A stretch of DNA of 64,000 bases, taken from assembly GCA_018668595.1 (NCBI GenBank), contig JABJCP010000013.1:64116-128115 (forward strand). Reading direction: 5' to 3'. Made by a program: the position numbers and the translations under genes. Under the pieces are notes generated by a model. It searched no databases and was not told the DNA's origin. It saw only the letters and a program-made list of their open reading frames with translations. The DNA is from Candidatus Woesearchaeota archaeon (lineage in GTDB: Archaea > Nanobdellota > Nanobdellia > Woesearchaeales > UBA11576). Each line of letters starts with the position of its first letter. The first letter of the stretch is position 1. Below, in pieces: positions 1 through 10,735 of this stretch.

Positions 1-927
1 CCAAAATTTGGATGCAAACCTGAAGATCGAACTACTGAAGAACTAATTAGAACAGGAATAATAAATGTAGATAAAAACAAAGGACCAACATCACACCAAA
101 TAAGCAGCTATATACAAAAAATATTCAAACTAAAAAAAAGTGGACATAGCGGAACACTCGATCCAAAAGTTACAGGCGTACTTCCAGTAGCACTTGAAAA
201 GTCAACAAAAATTGTATTGGCTTTGTTGAATGCAGGAAAAGAATATGTATGTTTAATGCACATACACAAAGATGTTGAACCAAAAAAAATAAAAGAAATA
301 ATGTTTAAAAAATTCATAGGAAAAATAAAGCAATTACCTCCAATCAAATCTGCAGTAAAAAGACAATGGCGGTATCGAAAAATATATTATATTGATATTC
401 TTGAAATTAATGGAAAAGATGTTCTTTTTACAGTTGGTTGTCAAGCAGGCACGTACATAAGAAAACTTTGTTCAGACATTGGAAAAGAACTTGGAACTGG
501 CGCACACATGGCAGAACTTAGACGATCAAAAGCAGGACCATTTAATGAAACAAATGTAACAAACTTAATTGATATTCATGATGCCAATTCGTTTTACAAA
601 GAAGATGGAAATGATAAATGGCTACGCCAAATAATTCTACCATTAGAATCAGGAACAGATCACCTTCCAAAAGTATGGATATTTGATACAACTGTCGACA
701 CATTATGCCATGGAGCAGATCTTCATGTTCCAGGAATATCCAAAATAGAAAGCGATATACAAGAAGGTGAAGTGGTTGCAGTAATGACACTAAAAAATGA
801 GCTTGTTTTAATTGGAGAAGCAAGAATGATTTCTGCACAGATGAAGAAAAAAAATAAAGGACTTGCAGTAAAAACTACAAGAGTATTTATGGAACGCGGA
901 ACATATCCTAGAATGAAAAAGAAGTGA
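1..927 (+). CDS. cbf5: tRNA/rRNA pseudouridine synthase Cbf5 (TruB family, H/ACA RNP catalytic subunit), 5' partial
   Basis: Reading frame is open from position 1. Has the TruB motif GHSGTLDPKVTGVL with the catalytic Asp and a C-terminal PUA-like region. Ends with TGA. Confidence 0.85.
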   Translation, partial: PKFGCKPEDRTTEELIRTGIINVDKNKGPTSHQISSYIQKIFKLKKSGHSGTLDPKVTGVLPVALEKSTKIVLALLNAGKEYVCLMHIHKDVEPKKIKEIMFKKFIGKIKQLPPIKSAVKRQWRYRKIYYIDILEINGKDVLFTVGCQAGTYIRKLCSDIGKELGTGAHMAELRRSKAGPFNETNVTNLIDIHDANSFYKEDGNDKWLRQIILPLESGTDHLPKVWIFDTTVDTLCHGADLHVPGISKIESDIQEGEVVAVMTLKNELVLIGEARMISAQMKKKNKGLAVKTTRVFMERGTYPRMKKK

Positions 928-1008
928 ACACCACTGAGAACTTTGAAAAATTTTCTATTACAAATATTCAAATAAAAAGTTGAGTGAACTAGTTGGGGGC
1001 GAGAAATT

Positions 1009-1482
1009 ATGGGATTAGTTGAAAAACTAAATGCATTCAAAAAATCAGCAAGTTATGCTATAAGTGATGGATTATTAATCAATCTTGGAAAAGAAAACAG
1101 CATTATTCCAGGATTAATTTATGACGGAGAACAAGCAAAAATAGAAAAACCAAATTCTAATTTATGGGCAGATTACTATTTTATAGCCGCATGCTATGCA
1201 TCAAAACTAGATAATTATAGAAACAGATATGAAAGAATAATTATTGAAATACAAAATTCTGTTCCTGACTATGATCCTTCTGAAAGATTCAACTGGCTTA
1301 GAGCAGTTCCTGTAAAAAACAATAAAGTAGACAATACCGCAATAGACGAATTAACACACAGAATGAAACTTTTATGTAAACTCAAAAAATTTCTTAAACA
1401 AAACCCTGAGTTTTCAATAGAAGATCGATTTTCAATTTATTTTAATATTGAAAATAAACTAGAGCTAGAAAGACCAAATTAA
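1009..1482 (+). CDS. hypothetical protein (157 aa)
   Basis: Intact ORF with a GGGCGAG Shine-Dalgarno-like motif before the ATG. No recognisable motif. Confidence 0.4.
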   Translation: MGLVEKLNAFKKSASYAISDGLLINLGKENSIIPGLIYDGEQAKIEKPNSNLWADYYFIAACYASKLDNYRNRYERIIIEIQNSVPDYDPSERFNWLRAVPVKNNKVDNTAIDELTHRMKLLCKLKKFLKQNPEFSIEDRFSIYFNIENKLELERPN

Positions 1483-1547
1483 GAAAAAATTAAAAGAGAG
1501 TGAATATGTGAAAATAAAAAAACAAAAAATTAAGCGAGGTTAAAAAA

Positions 1548-2132
1548 ATGACTTTAATATTAGTAACTGAAACTCATGGAGAAGTAAGTTCAGGATTTTG
1601 TGCTACATTCACACAATTTTCTAGATTAGGAGAATACTGTTTTACAACAAAACATCTTTGTGAATTAATTCAACACATTGCAGAAAATAAAGATTTATGC
1701 GAAACAAAAATACTATCATTTGATGAATCCTTGTTTTGGAAAAAAGATATTAAATACACGCTCGGACTTTTAAAACTAGTTCATGAAGAACAAGAAAGTG
1801 AAGGACCTATTAACAATTCTGTACTTGACAAATATGTAGCAGACGAAACAAGTATCTCACAAAAAGAAGAACTGCAACTTTACACTCAAGGAACAATGCT
1901 TGATGTTATTATTTCAGACAGCGGAAATTCTATACAAGTAGGAGAATATACTATAAATTCAACCCATTTTGGAAGATTTGCAGATTATCTTACACACGGC
2001 GGATTTATGGGTTGGAATCCTAAAACACCTAAATTTGCAACAACTGCAAAAGAGGCAATGGAAAAATCAAAACACCCTCTTTATTCACAAATACAACAAG
2101 AACTGATAAACCCCAACGCTGCAGAGTACTAA
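1548..2132 (+). CDS. hypothetical protein (194 aa)
   Basis: ORF with GCGAGGT about 8 nt before the ATG. No recognisable domain. Confidence 0.4.
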   Translation: MTLILVTETHGEVSSGFCATFTQFSRLGEYCFTTKHLCELIQHIAENKDLCETKILSFDESLFWKKDIKYTLGLLKLVHEEQESEGPINNSVLDKYVADETSISQKEELQLYTQGTMLDVIISDSGNSIQVGEYTINSTHFGRFADYLTHGGFMGWNPKTPKFATTAKEAMEKSKHPLYSQIQQELINPNAAEY

Positions 2133-2287
2133 CCCTTTTGTGACTAAATAAGTTTAAATAAGTATGTTGATTAACTTGACACAACAAGTAATTATAACTA
2201 ATTAACCAATAATAAACACAACTAAGCATAATTAGTAAATATGAGAAATACTAAACATAATTATTGAATGAAAACAAGGGTGGTTAA

Positions 2288-3655
2288 ATGCGAAAAGAAA
2301 GTCAAAGCGTAATCGATGATGTTATTTCTAAAATTAATCCAGTACCAATATCCCTGACTCACATTGAACTTGCAACAAAAATTTCAGAACGATGTACGGG
2401 AATAAGATCTCCAGAACTAGTTGATGCATACATGGATCCTAGAAAATTTAGTGTAGGAGAATTCTGCCCAAAATTCAAAAAAAAAGTAAAAGATGAATCA
2501 GTCTATATTCTTCTAATGCCTGGACCGTATACAAAACCAGAGTCAATAATATACAAAGCATGTATAACAGCAAGAGCTGCGAAAGAAGCAGGAGCAAAAA
2601 AAGTCGTGTTACTCTCGACAGATTTACCACACGCACGACAAGACCGAGGTTCAGAGGAAGATGCAAAAGCAGAAGGAGAACCAAACACAGTAAGACTCCA
2701 CGCAGATACTTTCAAAGCCGCAGGAATAGATCAAGTAATCACAACCCATATTCATTCACCAAGAATCGCAGCATTCTTTGCACAATCATACGGACTAATT
2801 CCTGAAGAAATGAAATTTGATTCTAATAATAAAGAAATACCTTTTGATGCAAATAATAAAGAAATACAAAAAATTGGAGAATCTGTAATAAAATCAATAA
2901 GTCCCCACGCAATACTTGCAGATTATATCTTGCACCAAAGTTCTTTAATTAGAAATGGGTACTTAGCAGATAAAGGAGCAAAATTTGTATTAAAAGCAAT
3001 GGATAAAGGAAACAGAGAATTCATAGATCTATTGTATGCTGCTTTGTTTTTACCAAATGTAAGCAGAGTATACTGTAACAAAGCAAGAACTGCAAAAAAT
3101 GATCCAAAAAAAGTAGAAGTATCTATAGACTCTGTATCTGATAATTTCACCACACTTGACGGTAAATTAGAATCCTTTGATGATGATGGACTTGACACAG
3201 GAGGAACAATGTTCAAAGCAGTAAATTGGTCTAATGCAGGAAACTTATGTTCAGAAACAGGAAAAAGTTTTGGAATACCTGAAGCTAGATTTATATATTT
3301 TACTCATGCATGGCTAGGCGGAGATGCGCATCAAGGAATACAAGAAAGAATATTTAAAAACTTACCTGCAACAGAATTTGTAACAACAAACACTAGACCT
3401 TATGTTGGAGATGCGCAATATTACAGATTTAAAATGAAATCAACAATACTACGACTTGCAGGACTGTGGGGAGATGCAATAATTGCAAATGAACTAGGAC
3501 AGGATATCGAACAAAGATACTGCGGATTTGAATCTGAAGAACAACAACACCAATTCATGAAACGACTCTATGTTCTAAAACGACACTCAAGTCATTTTTT
3601 AAATGAAGGAATAGAACCAAGAAAAAGAAAATTAGATTTTTATTTAAGAGAATAA
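2288..3655 (+). CDS. prs: divergent ribose-phosphate pyrophosphokinase (PRPP synthetase)-like protein with a large insertion
   Basis: Has the Prs flexible-loop motif DLPHARQDR (compare YARQDRK), HSPRIAAFF (compare HAxQIQGFF), and the PRPP-binding loop DDDGLDTGGTMF (compare DDIIDTAGT). Length is 455 aa against about 315 for Prs, with a roughly 130-aa insertion. A GGGTGGT Shine-Dalgarno-like motif lies upstream. Confidence 0.5.
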   Translation: MRKESQSVIDDVISKINPVPISLTHIELATKISERCTGIRSPELVDAYMDPRKFSVGEFCPKFKKKVKDESVYILLMPGPYTKPESIIYKACITARAAKEAGAKKVVLLSTDLPHARQDRGSEEDAKAEGEPNTVRLHADTFKAAGIDQVITTHIHSPRIAAFFAQSYGLIPEEMKFDSNNKEIPFDANNKEIQKIGESVIKSISPHAILADYILHQSSLIRNGYLADKGAKFVLKAMDKGNREFIDLLYAALFLPNVSRVYCNKARTAKNDPKKVEVSIDSVSDNFTTLDGKLESFDDDGLDTGGTMFKAVNWSNAGNLCSETGKSFGIPEARFIYFTHAWLGGDAHQGIQERIFKNLPATEFVTTNTRPYVGDAQYYRFKMKSTILRLAGLWGDAIIANELGQDIEQRYCGFESEEQQHQFMKRLYVLKRHSSHFLNEGIEPRKRKLDFYLRE

Positions 3656-3744
3656 AATATTTATTATATTTCTTATTTTTTTATTTTTATAATTACCTGT
3701 TATATTTTAATACTATTATCTTCTTCTTGATTTAATTAAATTAA

Positions 3745-4023
3745 TTAATCCAAATTTAAACCATGCACTTTTAATCTTGCTTTGACTACGCCTTCATGCA
3801 TTAGTTCAGGTATTGGCACATTATTTATGCTTATTTGTGTTGCGATTGCATCTTCTAATGTTTGAATATTTAATTTTTCATAAAATTCAACTGCTTGTTT
3901 TCCAAAATCTATGGCTTGTTCAAATCGATAATTTTTTACAGCAAAAACAGCATTTGCATACATAGTTTCTGCCTGTCTTTTTCTATTGTCGTAGCTTTCG
4001 CTATTCTGATTTTTCATTTTCAC
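3745..4023 (-). CDS. small hypothetical protein (92 aa)
   Basis: ORF only, in the intergenic space between convergent genes. No motif. Confidence 0.25.
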   Translation of the reverse strand: MKMKNQNSESYDNRKRQAETMYANAVFAVKNYRFEQAIDFGKQAVEFYEKLNIQTLEDAIATQISINNVPIPELMHEGVVKARLKVHGLNLD

Positions 4024-4217
4024 ACCCTCCTAATTATTATTTACCTCTCAGTACATATTATACAAATCAAATATTTAAAACAAGAGTATGTAAAGTATGT
4101 ACCTTATTTAAACTACTGTTTGAATGGCTTGAAGTGTTTAAACACAAACATAAATTTAAAATAAATAGGTTATAGCACAATAAAAAATATAAACCCTAAT
4201 AGGTTAAATATTTTGAA

Positions 4218-5129
4218 ATGAATAGATTTTTACCAGACATTCCCGGATATAATGAGCCAGAGCAATATTTAGATTTTATTAAAAAAGCATCAACTATTTT
4301 TGAAACTGAACCAAGTCTAATTGAATTACCATTAAATAAACCAATCGCATTTGTAGGCGATACACATGGAGACTTTGAAACAACAGAAAAAGTATATAAT
4401 ATGTTTTCAGGTTCGCATTTACTAGTATTTCTTGGAGATTACATTGATCGAGCACCAAAAGAAAATGGCTCAATCAAAAATATTTCTTACCTATTACAAA
4501 AAAAGATTGAAAATCCCCGAGACATAATTCTTCTTAGAGGCAATCATGATGTTGCATCAATACCACTAACATGGCCGCCAGAATTTTATGTTAGCTTAGC
4601 AAAATTTGAGAAAGATTACGTGCTGCCAATTTCCAGCGTATACGATATGACATTTAGCAGCATGCCTTATGTTGCAACAACAAAAAATGGAATTATTGGA
4701 CTACATGGGGCAATTCCTCAAATTAAATCAATTGATGATCTTGTTAACTTACCAAAAGGAATTGTTGATTCAAAAGATAATAAACTAATAGATGATCTTC
4801 TTTGGAGTGACTTAGATCATGAAGAAAAATATGGGATGGGAGAAGCAGGATTTATCCCCAATGAACAACGCTCCCGAACTGGAAGTAAAGGAATAATTAT
4901 TAATGAGAAATATTTTGAAGAAAAAATGAAACTATTAGAAAAAAATGTTTTATTACGAGGACATGACGCTTTGGCAAAAGGATATTGCTTTAATAATAGA
5001 GTTCTTACAATTTTTACATCAGAAAAATATATAGATAAGGGAAACATGAAAGGAGTATTTGTAGCATTAATGAAAGATCCACAAAAAGAAATAAAAACTG
5101 CAAAAGATTTAACTATAATACAGTTCTAA
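4218..5129 (+). CDS. PPP-family Ser/Thr protein phosphatase (calcineurin-like metallophosphoesterase)
   Basis: Has the PPP signature motifs GDTHGD, GDYIDRAP and RGNHD, and a later LRGHD. Confidence 0.8.
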   Translation: MNRFLPDIPGYNEPEQYLDFIKKASTIFETEPSLIELPLNKPIAFVGDTHGDFETTEKVYNMFSGSHLLVFLGDYIDRAPKENGSIKNISYLLQKKIENPRDIILLRGNHDVASIPLTWPPEFYVSLAKFEKDYVLPISSVYDMTFSSMPYVATTKNGIIGLHGAIPQIKSIDDLVNLPKGIVDSKDNKLIDDLLWSDLDHEEKYGMGEAGFIPNEQRSRTGSKGIIINEKYFEEKMKLLEKNVLLRGHDALAKGYCFNNRVLTIFTSEKYIDKGNMKGVFVALMKDPQKEIKTAKDLTIIQF

Positions 5130-5177
5130 GTTTAATAAAATATTTAATAGAATAACAATTTTAAAAAAATAAAAAAA

Positions 5178-6701
5178 TTAATTTTCTAAATCAACATTAT
5201 GAATAACTTCTCCACTATTAGGTCCTGTTGTTATTGTTCTAACTGGAACTAATAATTCATTTTGTAATGTTAATAAATAATTCATTGCATTCACCGGAAT
5301 TTGATCCATACTAGTTGCGCCTCTAACTTTGTCTTGATGTGCCCAACCAGGAACACTGTAACCATAAATAGGTTTAACAATTCTTAACGTGTCTGGTCTT
5401 GTAGGAACATAATTTGTTCTTTTTCCATCAACATCATACTCAGTTGCAATTTTCAGCTCTCCATCCCAATCATCAACAACATCAAACTTAGTAACTGCAA
5501 GCTCAGTTGTCAAGTTCCAACGCATGGCTTGGCGAAGCATGACTGCATCCACCCAACCAACACGCCGAGGTCTTCCAGTTGTTGCTCCATACTCTGCAGC
5601 TTTAACTCTAAAATAAGTTGAAAGTGCAAGAGGATCGTCTGCTAATGCGCGCTTTAATAAATCAGAAGTTATTAATTCTTCGCCCTCAAGATTATCTTTA
5701 AAAAGTTCAGGATCGCAAAACTCAGTTGGGAAAATTCCACCACCAACTTTAGAAGAAATAGGTGCTTTTACAATTCCGATAATACGATCGAATTTTACAC
5801 CAAGACCCATGCCACTATAAGCGCCTGCAAGACCTGTATTTGAACAAGTAATATTAGGATATTCGCCAATATCTATATCAAGTCTTGACCCTTGCGCACC
5901 TTCTGCCAAAATTGCTCTTTTCTCGACGTTAATTATATTATCCAAATATTCTTCAGCGTCGACAATCCTATCTTTAAACTGTTCAATAATTTCTGCTTCT
6001 TGAGCTATAATTTTGCTAGGATTTAACTCTTGTAAACCATAATGCTTAAACAAAGGATTAATAAATTTATCACAAGCAGAATTTAATTTTTCCAAAGCAG
6101 GTTTTATATTCATAGACTCATTAGAATCTACAAAATCACCAAACTTAATCCCAAAACGAAGATACTTCATAGAATATGCAATACCAATTGCCTTGTTAGT
6201 TGTTCCAACACTCTTATCAGTCAATAAATTTTCAAGATCTGAATACATAGATAAATTAACAATAGCATTATCAGAAATTTTGAAATTATCCTCTGTTAGA
6301 AAGAATTTCATATCTCCCATTTCTTCTAAAAGACGCTCTCCATTCAGAGTCATTCCAGGACCTGCTAAGTTTTTAACACCTGGAACCGTAACACCAGAAC
6401 AAAGATTGTGCATAACTTTTTTAACAAAAGTCGCGTAATAAACTCCATCATCTTTACTAAACTGCTTTACATCAATTTCATTAATGTTGTTAACTTCTAA
6501 ACCCTCAGGAAGATTAGGATCTGGAGTTCTTGATTCGCCAACTTTAACCCATTGAGTATGACCTGCATTATCTCCACCTTGATAACGAACAACACAACCT
6601 ATATGATTAGAAACGTTTAAAATTTCTTCAATTACTTTAGACTTTGCCTCGTCGCCATAAAATGTTCCATGTAATAAAATATGACCTCTTTTTGTTTTCA
6701 T
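5178..6701 (-). CDS. purA: adenylosuccinate synthetase
   Basis: Has GDEAKSK in place of the GDEGKGK P-loop, QGGDNAGHT, and a GATTGRPRRVGW GTP-binding motif. Length is 507 aa, with insertions. Confidence 0.85.
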   Translation of the reverse strand: MKTKRGHILLHGTFYGDEAKSKVIEEILNVSNHIGCVVRYQGGDNAGHTQWVKVGESRTPDPNLPEGLEVNNINEIDVKQFSKDDGVYYATFVKKVMHNLCSGVTVPGVKNLAGPGMTLNGERLLEEMGDMKFFLTEDNFKISDNAIVNLSMYSDLENLLTDKSVGTTNKAIGIAYSMKYLRFGIKFGDFVDSNESMNIKPALEKLNSACDKFINPLFKHYGLQELNPSKIIAQEAEIIEQFKDRIVDAEEYLDNIINVEKRAILAEGAQGSRLDIDIGEYPNITCSNTGLAGAYSGMGLGVKFDRIIGIVKAPISSKVGGGIFPTEFCDPELFKDNLEGEELITSDLLKRALADDPLALSTYFRVKAAEYGATTGRPRRVGWVDAVMLRQAMRWNLTTELAVTKFDVVDDWDGELKIATEYDVDGKRTNYVPTRPDTLRIVKPIYGYSVPGWAHQDKVRGATSMDQIPVNAMNYLLTLQNELLVPVRTITTGPNSGEVIHNVDLEN

Positions 6702-6724
6702 TTAATCACCTATTATTTTTTCTT

Positions 6725-6790
6725 TGTTATTTGTTCTTTGTCATTGATTCTTTGTCATTGATTCTTTGTCATTAATTCTTTGATATTTTT
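6725..6790. repeat. tandem repeat (14-bp unit ttctttgtcattga, about 3.5 copies) directly upstream of purA
   Basis: Direct reading: gattctttgtcatt repeated. Confidence 0.7.
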
Positions 6791-6832
6791 ATTTTTTTTA
6801 TTATCTATTATGTTTGATTATTTTTTGTTTTT

Positions 6833-8473
6833 TTATTCACACTTAATTATCTTTGAAGTAGGGTTTTCAAACTGCTCTGTCAATATTGTGTTTGTGATTA
6901 TATGTTTGAAAGTTCCTTTTTGATAATTATCTCTAATAACTGCATGATTATCATAAATCTTTTTTAACTTATTACAATCAGTATTACCCCAATAGTTTTG
7001 GTTAGCAATAACATCACGCAAAGTATCTGCAATAATATCAAATGACTGGCCACTTTTTCCAAGTTCTCTAGTATTATTGAAAATATTATTCTCACTCAAT
7101 ATATTTTCATCGACTATAAACTCATGATAATAAGGGTAATCAATTTGTTCCATTAAAATCCCCACTGTATTTTCAGTAATAGTATTATGTGTTAACAAAT
7201 TTGAGTCTGTTGAAATTTTTACTCCAATACCAAAGTTTTTTACAACACAATTAACAATATTAACATTTCTAGCATCAGAACGCATACCAATACCAATAAT
7301 ATCTGCAGTAAGATAGTCATGAGGACTCCCCATTAAAACTGCACCATTACAATCTAATGTAATATCTGATTCTGAAATAATAATTCCTTGACGAAGAACA
7401 TACTCTCCTGGACAAAGAACAGTATCTTGAGTTATGCTCATTTGACCCTCAACAGATTTACAATTCTCAACATCTTTTACAGTAGTAATACTCTGACTAA
7501 CTTTATTATTTTCATCAATTTTCTCAGAATCTAATTGTTCATTTGCTAGCTCATTAACTGCTTCTTGCTGTTTATCTTCAATAGATTGAACTACAGGTTC
7601 AGAATATTCTGCAAAACCTTCTGGACGAATATCTAAATGCGGAAAAACTTTTTCTTTCTTTAAATTATTAAATACCATATTATCAAAATCAAAAATAGTC
7701 TTCATACCATCTTCAAACACATATTCTTTTCTAAGAACTGCTCCATTATAATCATACAACCAATACCTCAATTTATAATCTCCAAAATCACATTCGACAA
7801 TCAAAGCCTCTTTTGACATCTCAATTTGTTGTTTACCTATAACAGTGCCGCATTTCAAATTTTGAGTAATTTCGACTGGAAGTTCAACATTATAATTATA
7901 ATAACTAATTTCTTTTAACTCATCCATCTTAGCACAATAATCTAAATCTTCACACCAAGCATAAGCTTTTTTATTAGCTTTATCTAAATAAACTACATCA
8001 AAAACATCTTCGGGAAAATAATTTTGTTCATAAGGAATCTCAATTCTAACCGCATTTCCATAAACATAAAAATGACTCATCTTAGATTTAGTATCAACAT
8101 CATTCCCTAATGTTTCTCCAGTGTAATAAAAATAATAAGACTTGACTTTACTGGTTGCTTCTTGAAGCGATTGAATCTTTTTATCCAAATAAACTTTTTT
8201 ATCTAGCTTCGACGATGAATCTACAGAGTTAGAATTTTCTTTTGAATTATCTGAAATCACTCCATCAACGAGTTTTGTTTTTTCTTTACTATCTAAATCA
8301 TCTGATTGAGGTAGCGGAGATTCGAGATCTACAAGATCCATTGCACCAATTAAAGGATCTTGATTAACTGCAGGATTAATCTTAGAAGTTGTACAGCCCA
8401 CAACTAATAACATACACATTGTTAACAACAAAATAAAAACTGATAATAAAATGTTTTTCAAAACTTTTTTCAT
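6833..8473 (-). CDS. secreted lipoprotein with a right-handed beta-helix (pectate-lyase/NosD-like) repeat domain
   Basis: Signal peptide with a lipobox (LLVVGC). The C-terminal region has periodic hydrophobic-N/G repeats typical of parallel beta-helices (NCVVKNFGIGVKIS...HNTITENTVGI). It sits inside the pur operon. Confidence 0.45.
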   Translation of the reverse strand: MKKVLKNILLSVFILLLTMCMLLVVGCTTSKINPAVNQDPLIGAMDLVDLESPLPQSDDLDSKEKTKLVDGVISDNSKENSNSVDSSSKLDKKVYLDKKIQSLQEATSKVKSYYFYYTGETLGNDVDTKSKMSHFYVYGNAVRIEIPYEQNYFPEDVFDVVYLDKANKKAYAWCEDLDYCAKMDELKEISYYNYNVELPVEITQNLKCGTVIGKQQIEMSKEALIVECDFGDYKLRYWLYDYNGAVLRKEYVFEDGMKTIFDFDNMVFNNLKKEKVFPHLDIRPEGFAEYSEPVVQSIEDKQQEAVNELANEQLDSEKIDENNKVSQSITTVKDVENCKSVEGQMSITQDTVLCPGEYVLRQGIIISESDITLDCNGAVLMGSPHDYLTADIIGIGMRSDARNVNIVNCVVKNFGIGVKISTDSNLLTHNTITENTVGILMEQIDYPYYHEFIVDENILSENNIFNNTRELGKSGQSFDIIADTLRDVIANQNYWGNTDCNKLKKIYDNHAVIRDNYQKGTFKHIITNTILTEQFENPTSKIIKCE

Positions 8474-8592
8474 TTCCCATCCTCCATTTAATCTTCTATT
8501 GAGTTTAATTTACCTGATTCAACTGTTTATTTGATTTAATTTTTCATTCAGTTTAATCAATTATTAATTTTAATTTTTAACTGTTTAACTTT

Positions 8593-9780
8593 TTAATAAT
8601 CTCTAAATTTAAAATCATATTTCTCAGATACTTTAATCAAATTATCAACAATACGATCATTAATTGATTGATTCTCTTTTGTATTTGCAAGAGCTCTCAA
8701 TTCAACAAAATGTTTTCCAGTCATAAGTTCATATGCAGATGCGTAAAGAACTGCTGCATCAATAACAAGCTCATCAGGAAATTTAACAGGTTTTCCTGCC
8801 CTGCCTATTTTTTCAACATAATCTCGAATAAATTGTTTATCAAAAGCACTAGGAATATTATCTACTCTACCCCCCCTATATTCTTCATAATCGTCTGCTT
8901 TCCAAATTCTACTTGAATCTGCAGTAATCATTTCATCAACAACACGCACAAGCTTATTTTCAATTGTGTAAAACTTTTTTGAATCGTCTGTAGCACTAAA
9001 ATTATTAATTGATGAATCCATATTTTTAAAATCATATCTGTCAACACCTAATTCGAATTTTGTATCAACTAAAAGCAAACCACGCTCTGCTAAAAAATCC
9101 TCAGACTTTCTAAATAAACCAAAACAAATATTTACAAGGTTATCCAGGATAGATTCTCCACCAACTAATTCTGCTGCAACATCATAAGGTATAGGAAGAT
9201 CATGACCCGATTCTGCTTTTGTCGTCGGAGTAAATAATAAACTAGTTAATCGTCCCCCCGTTTGTATTAATTCATCTTCGAACATATCAGGAGTTATGTT
9301 AATTCCATATCCTTTTGTAAAACAATTGAGTTCAGATGACCATTCTTGAGCACCATCAACTTTTGATTTAAAATCTTTCCAACCACTACCTGTTAAATGA
9401 CGTCGGATTACAAACTCGACAGGAAAAACCTTGCAATTAACTGCATAAGTAAAATTAGGATCAATACTTGAATCAATAGTTTGAGATGCGACAACATCTT
9501 TGCAAAGATCCATAAAAAAATTATTAAGAGCAGTTGTTACAAGACCTTTATTTGGAATTAAACTGTGATGAACACAATCATGAGTAGAAATTCTATCAGT
9601 TCTCGCCATTAATCTGTACAAATCAAAAATATTACTATCTGCAACCTTTCCAGAATGAGGAACAATATCTGATCTGAATGCATATTGAGGAATATCAAAT
9701 TCTCTAAATAAAAAATTGTTATTCAAATCATTTCTTATAATTTTTGTCAATTCAGATAATTTAGTTATTGTTTCTACCAT
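8593..9780 (-). CDS. purC: SAICAR synthetase (long form)
   Basis: Has the LLLVDTKFELG motif, the GK...D ATP-site region and a C-terminal extension. Confidence 0.85.
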   Translation of the reverse strand: MVETITKLSELTKIIRNDLNNNFLFREFDIPQYAFRSDIVPHSGKVADSNIFDLYRLMARTDRISTHDCVHHSLIPNKGLVTTALNNFFMDLCKDVVASQTIDSSIDPNFTYAVNCKVFPVEFVIRRHLTGSGWKDFKSKVDGAQEWSSELNCFTKGYGINITPDMFEDELIQTGGRLTSLLFTPTTKAESGHDLPIPYDVAAELVGGESILDNLVNICFGLFRKSEDFLAERGLLLVDTKFELGVDRYDFKNMDSSINNFSATDDSKKFYTIENKLVRVVDEMITADSSRIWKADDYEEYRGGRVDNIPSAFDKQFIRDYVEKIGRAGKPVKFPDELVIDAAVLYASAYELMTGKHFVELRALANTKENQSINDRIVDNLIKVSEKYDFKFRDY

Positions 9781-9806
9781 TTAATATCACCTTTATTTTA
9801 TAATAA

Positions 9807-10730
9807 TTACCTGCTAAAAAAAGCATCATTTATTTTAGGATTATCTCCATACTTAATTTTTGCATCGCGTTTATATTCGACCAAGTTCTTCCTTAAACCC
9901 TTTCTGCTAGCAGATAAAATCTGTGCTGCAAAAATAGCTGCGTTTTCAGGACGAGTAAAATACAATGAATTATTACACTTGCTGATTGAATTCAATATTC
10001 CATCCAAAGTGATATCTGCATATTTTGATGTTGGATTTGCACAAGATAAACAAACACCATCAAAAAAATCAAATTTAGTTGCGTCAATAAAATTATCAAA
10101 AATATTAATACAAAGTTCAGCTTTATCTTCTTCTGGTTCTTTTATTTTATATGGAACCTCTAAAGAATCTAACAAACTCTTTGCCTTATCAAAATAATCA
10201 CAAGAATAATCTTTAGGAATTAAAACAACATAATCAAAATAATTATTCACAATCTTTTCAGAAATTAAAAAAGCATCTGGTAAAGAATTCTTTTTATCTG
10301 AATGTGGGGCCACAACACCAACAGGAATTCCTGGCGGAAGATTTGAATTTGAAATAAATGCATCTAAACCGCCTCCAATAACATTAGCGCTTAATGGAAC
10401 TGCAATCATAGGTGTGTGAGGAAGATAAGCTGCAACAACTGCAGGAAGTTGAAAACTCATACCACCAACCCAAACACAACAAAAACCCGCATTATTGTCA
10501 GAATAATATACATTATCAATAAAAGCAGAAAGCTGATCTGCAATATCAAGAGTTCTTTGGGGCGTTCTATGAATTGAAGTTAACAAAGGTTTGCCTAAAG
10601 AAATATCTTTTTGTCTAAAATAATCTTGAAAATTCTGACCTCCTAGTTTAGCATATTTTCTAAATAAAACCTCGTCGTCACTTGTTGATCCTCGACCAAC
10701 AAATAAATATTTTCCAAAATTTTTTGTAAT
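9807..10730 (-). CDS. purE: AIR carboxylase / N5-CAIR mutase; CDS extended upstream of the ORF-track TTG to an in-frame ATT
   Basis: Has the SIHRTP motif (compare SAHRTP) and a GGMSFQLPAVVAA region. The in-frame upstream extension encodes FVGRGSTSDDEV (compare GSxSD). A GAGGTGA Shine-Dalgarno motif lies 5 nt before the ATT. Confidence 0.75.
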   Translation of the reverse strand: MTKNFGKYLFVGRGSTSDDEVLFRKYAKLGGQNFQDYFRQKDISLGKPLLTSIHRTPQRTLDIADQLSAFIDNVYYSDNNAGFCCVWVGGMSFQLPAVVAAYLPHTPMIAVPLSANVIGGGLDAFISNSNLPPGIPVGVVAPHSDKKNSLPDAFLISEKIVNNYFDYVVLIPKDYSCDYFDKAKSLLDSLEVPYKIKEPEEDKAELCINIFDNFIDATKFDFFDGVCLSCANPTSKYADITLDGILNSISKCNNSLYFTRPENAAIFAAQILSASRKGLRKNLVEYKRDAKIKYGDNPKINDAFFSR

Positions 10731-10735
10731 TCAAA

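Noticed and set aside
2475-2805. Arg/Ser-rich and Leu-rich ORFs overlapping the prs-like gene
   Set aside because: They are in alternative frames of a conserved CDS and have compositionally biased products.
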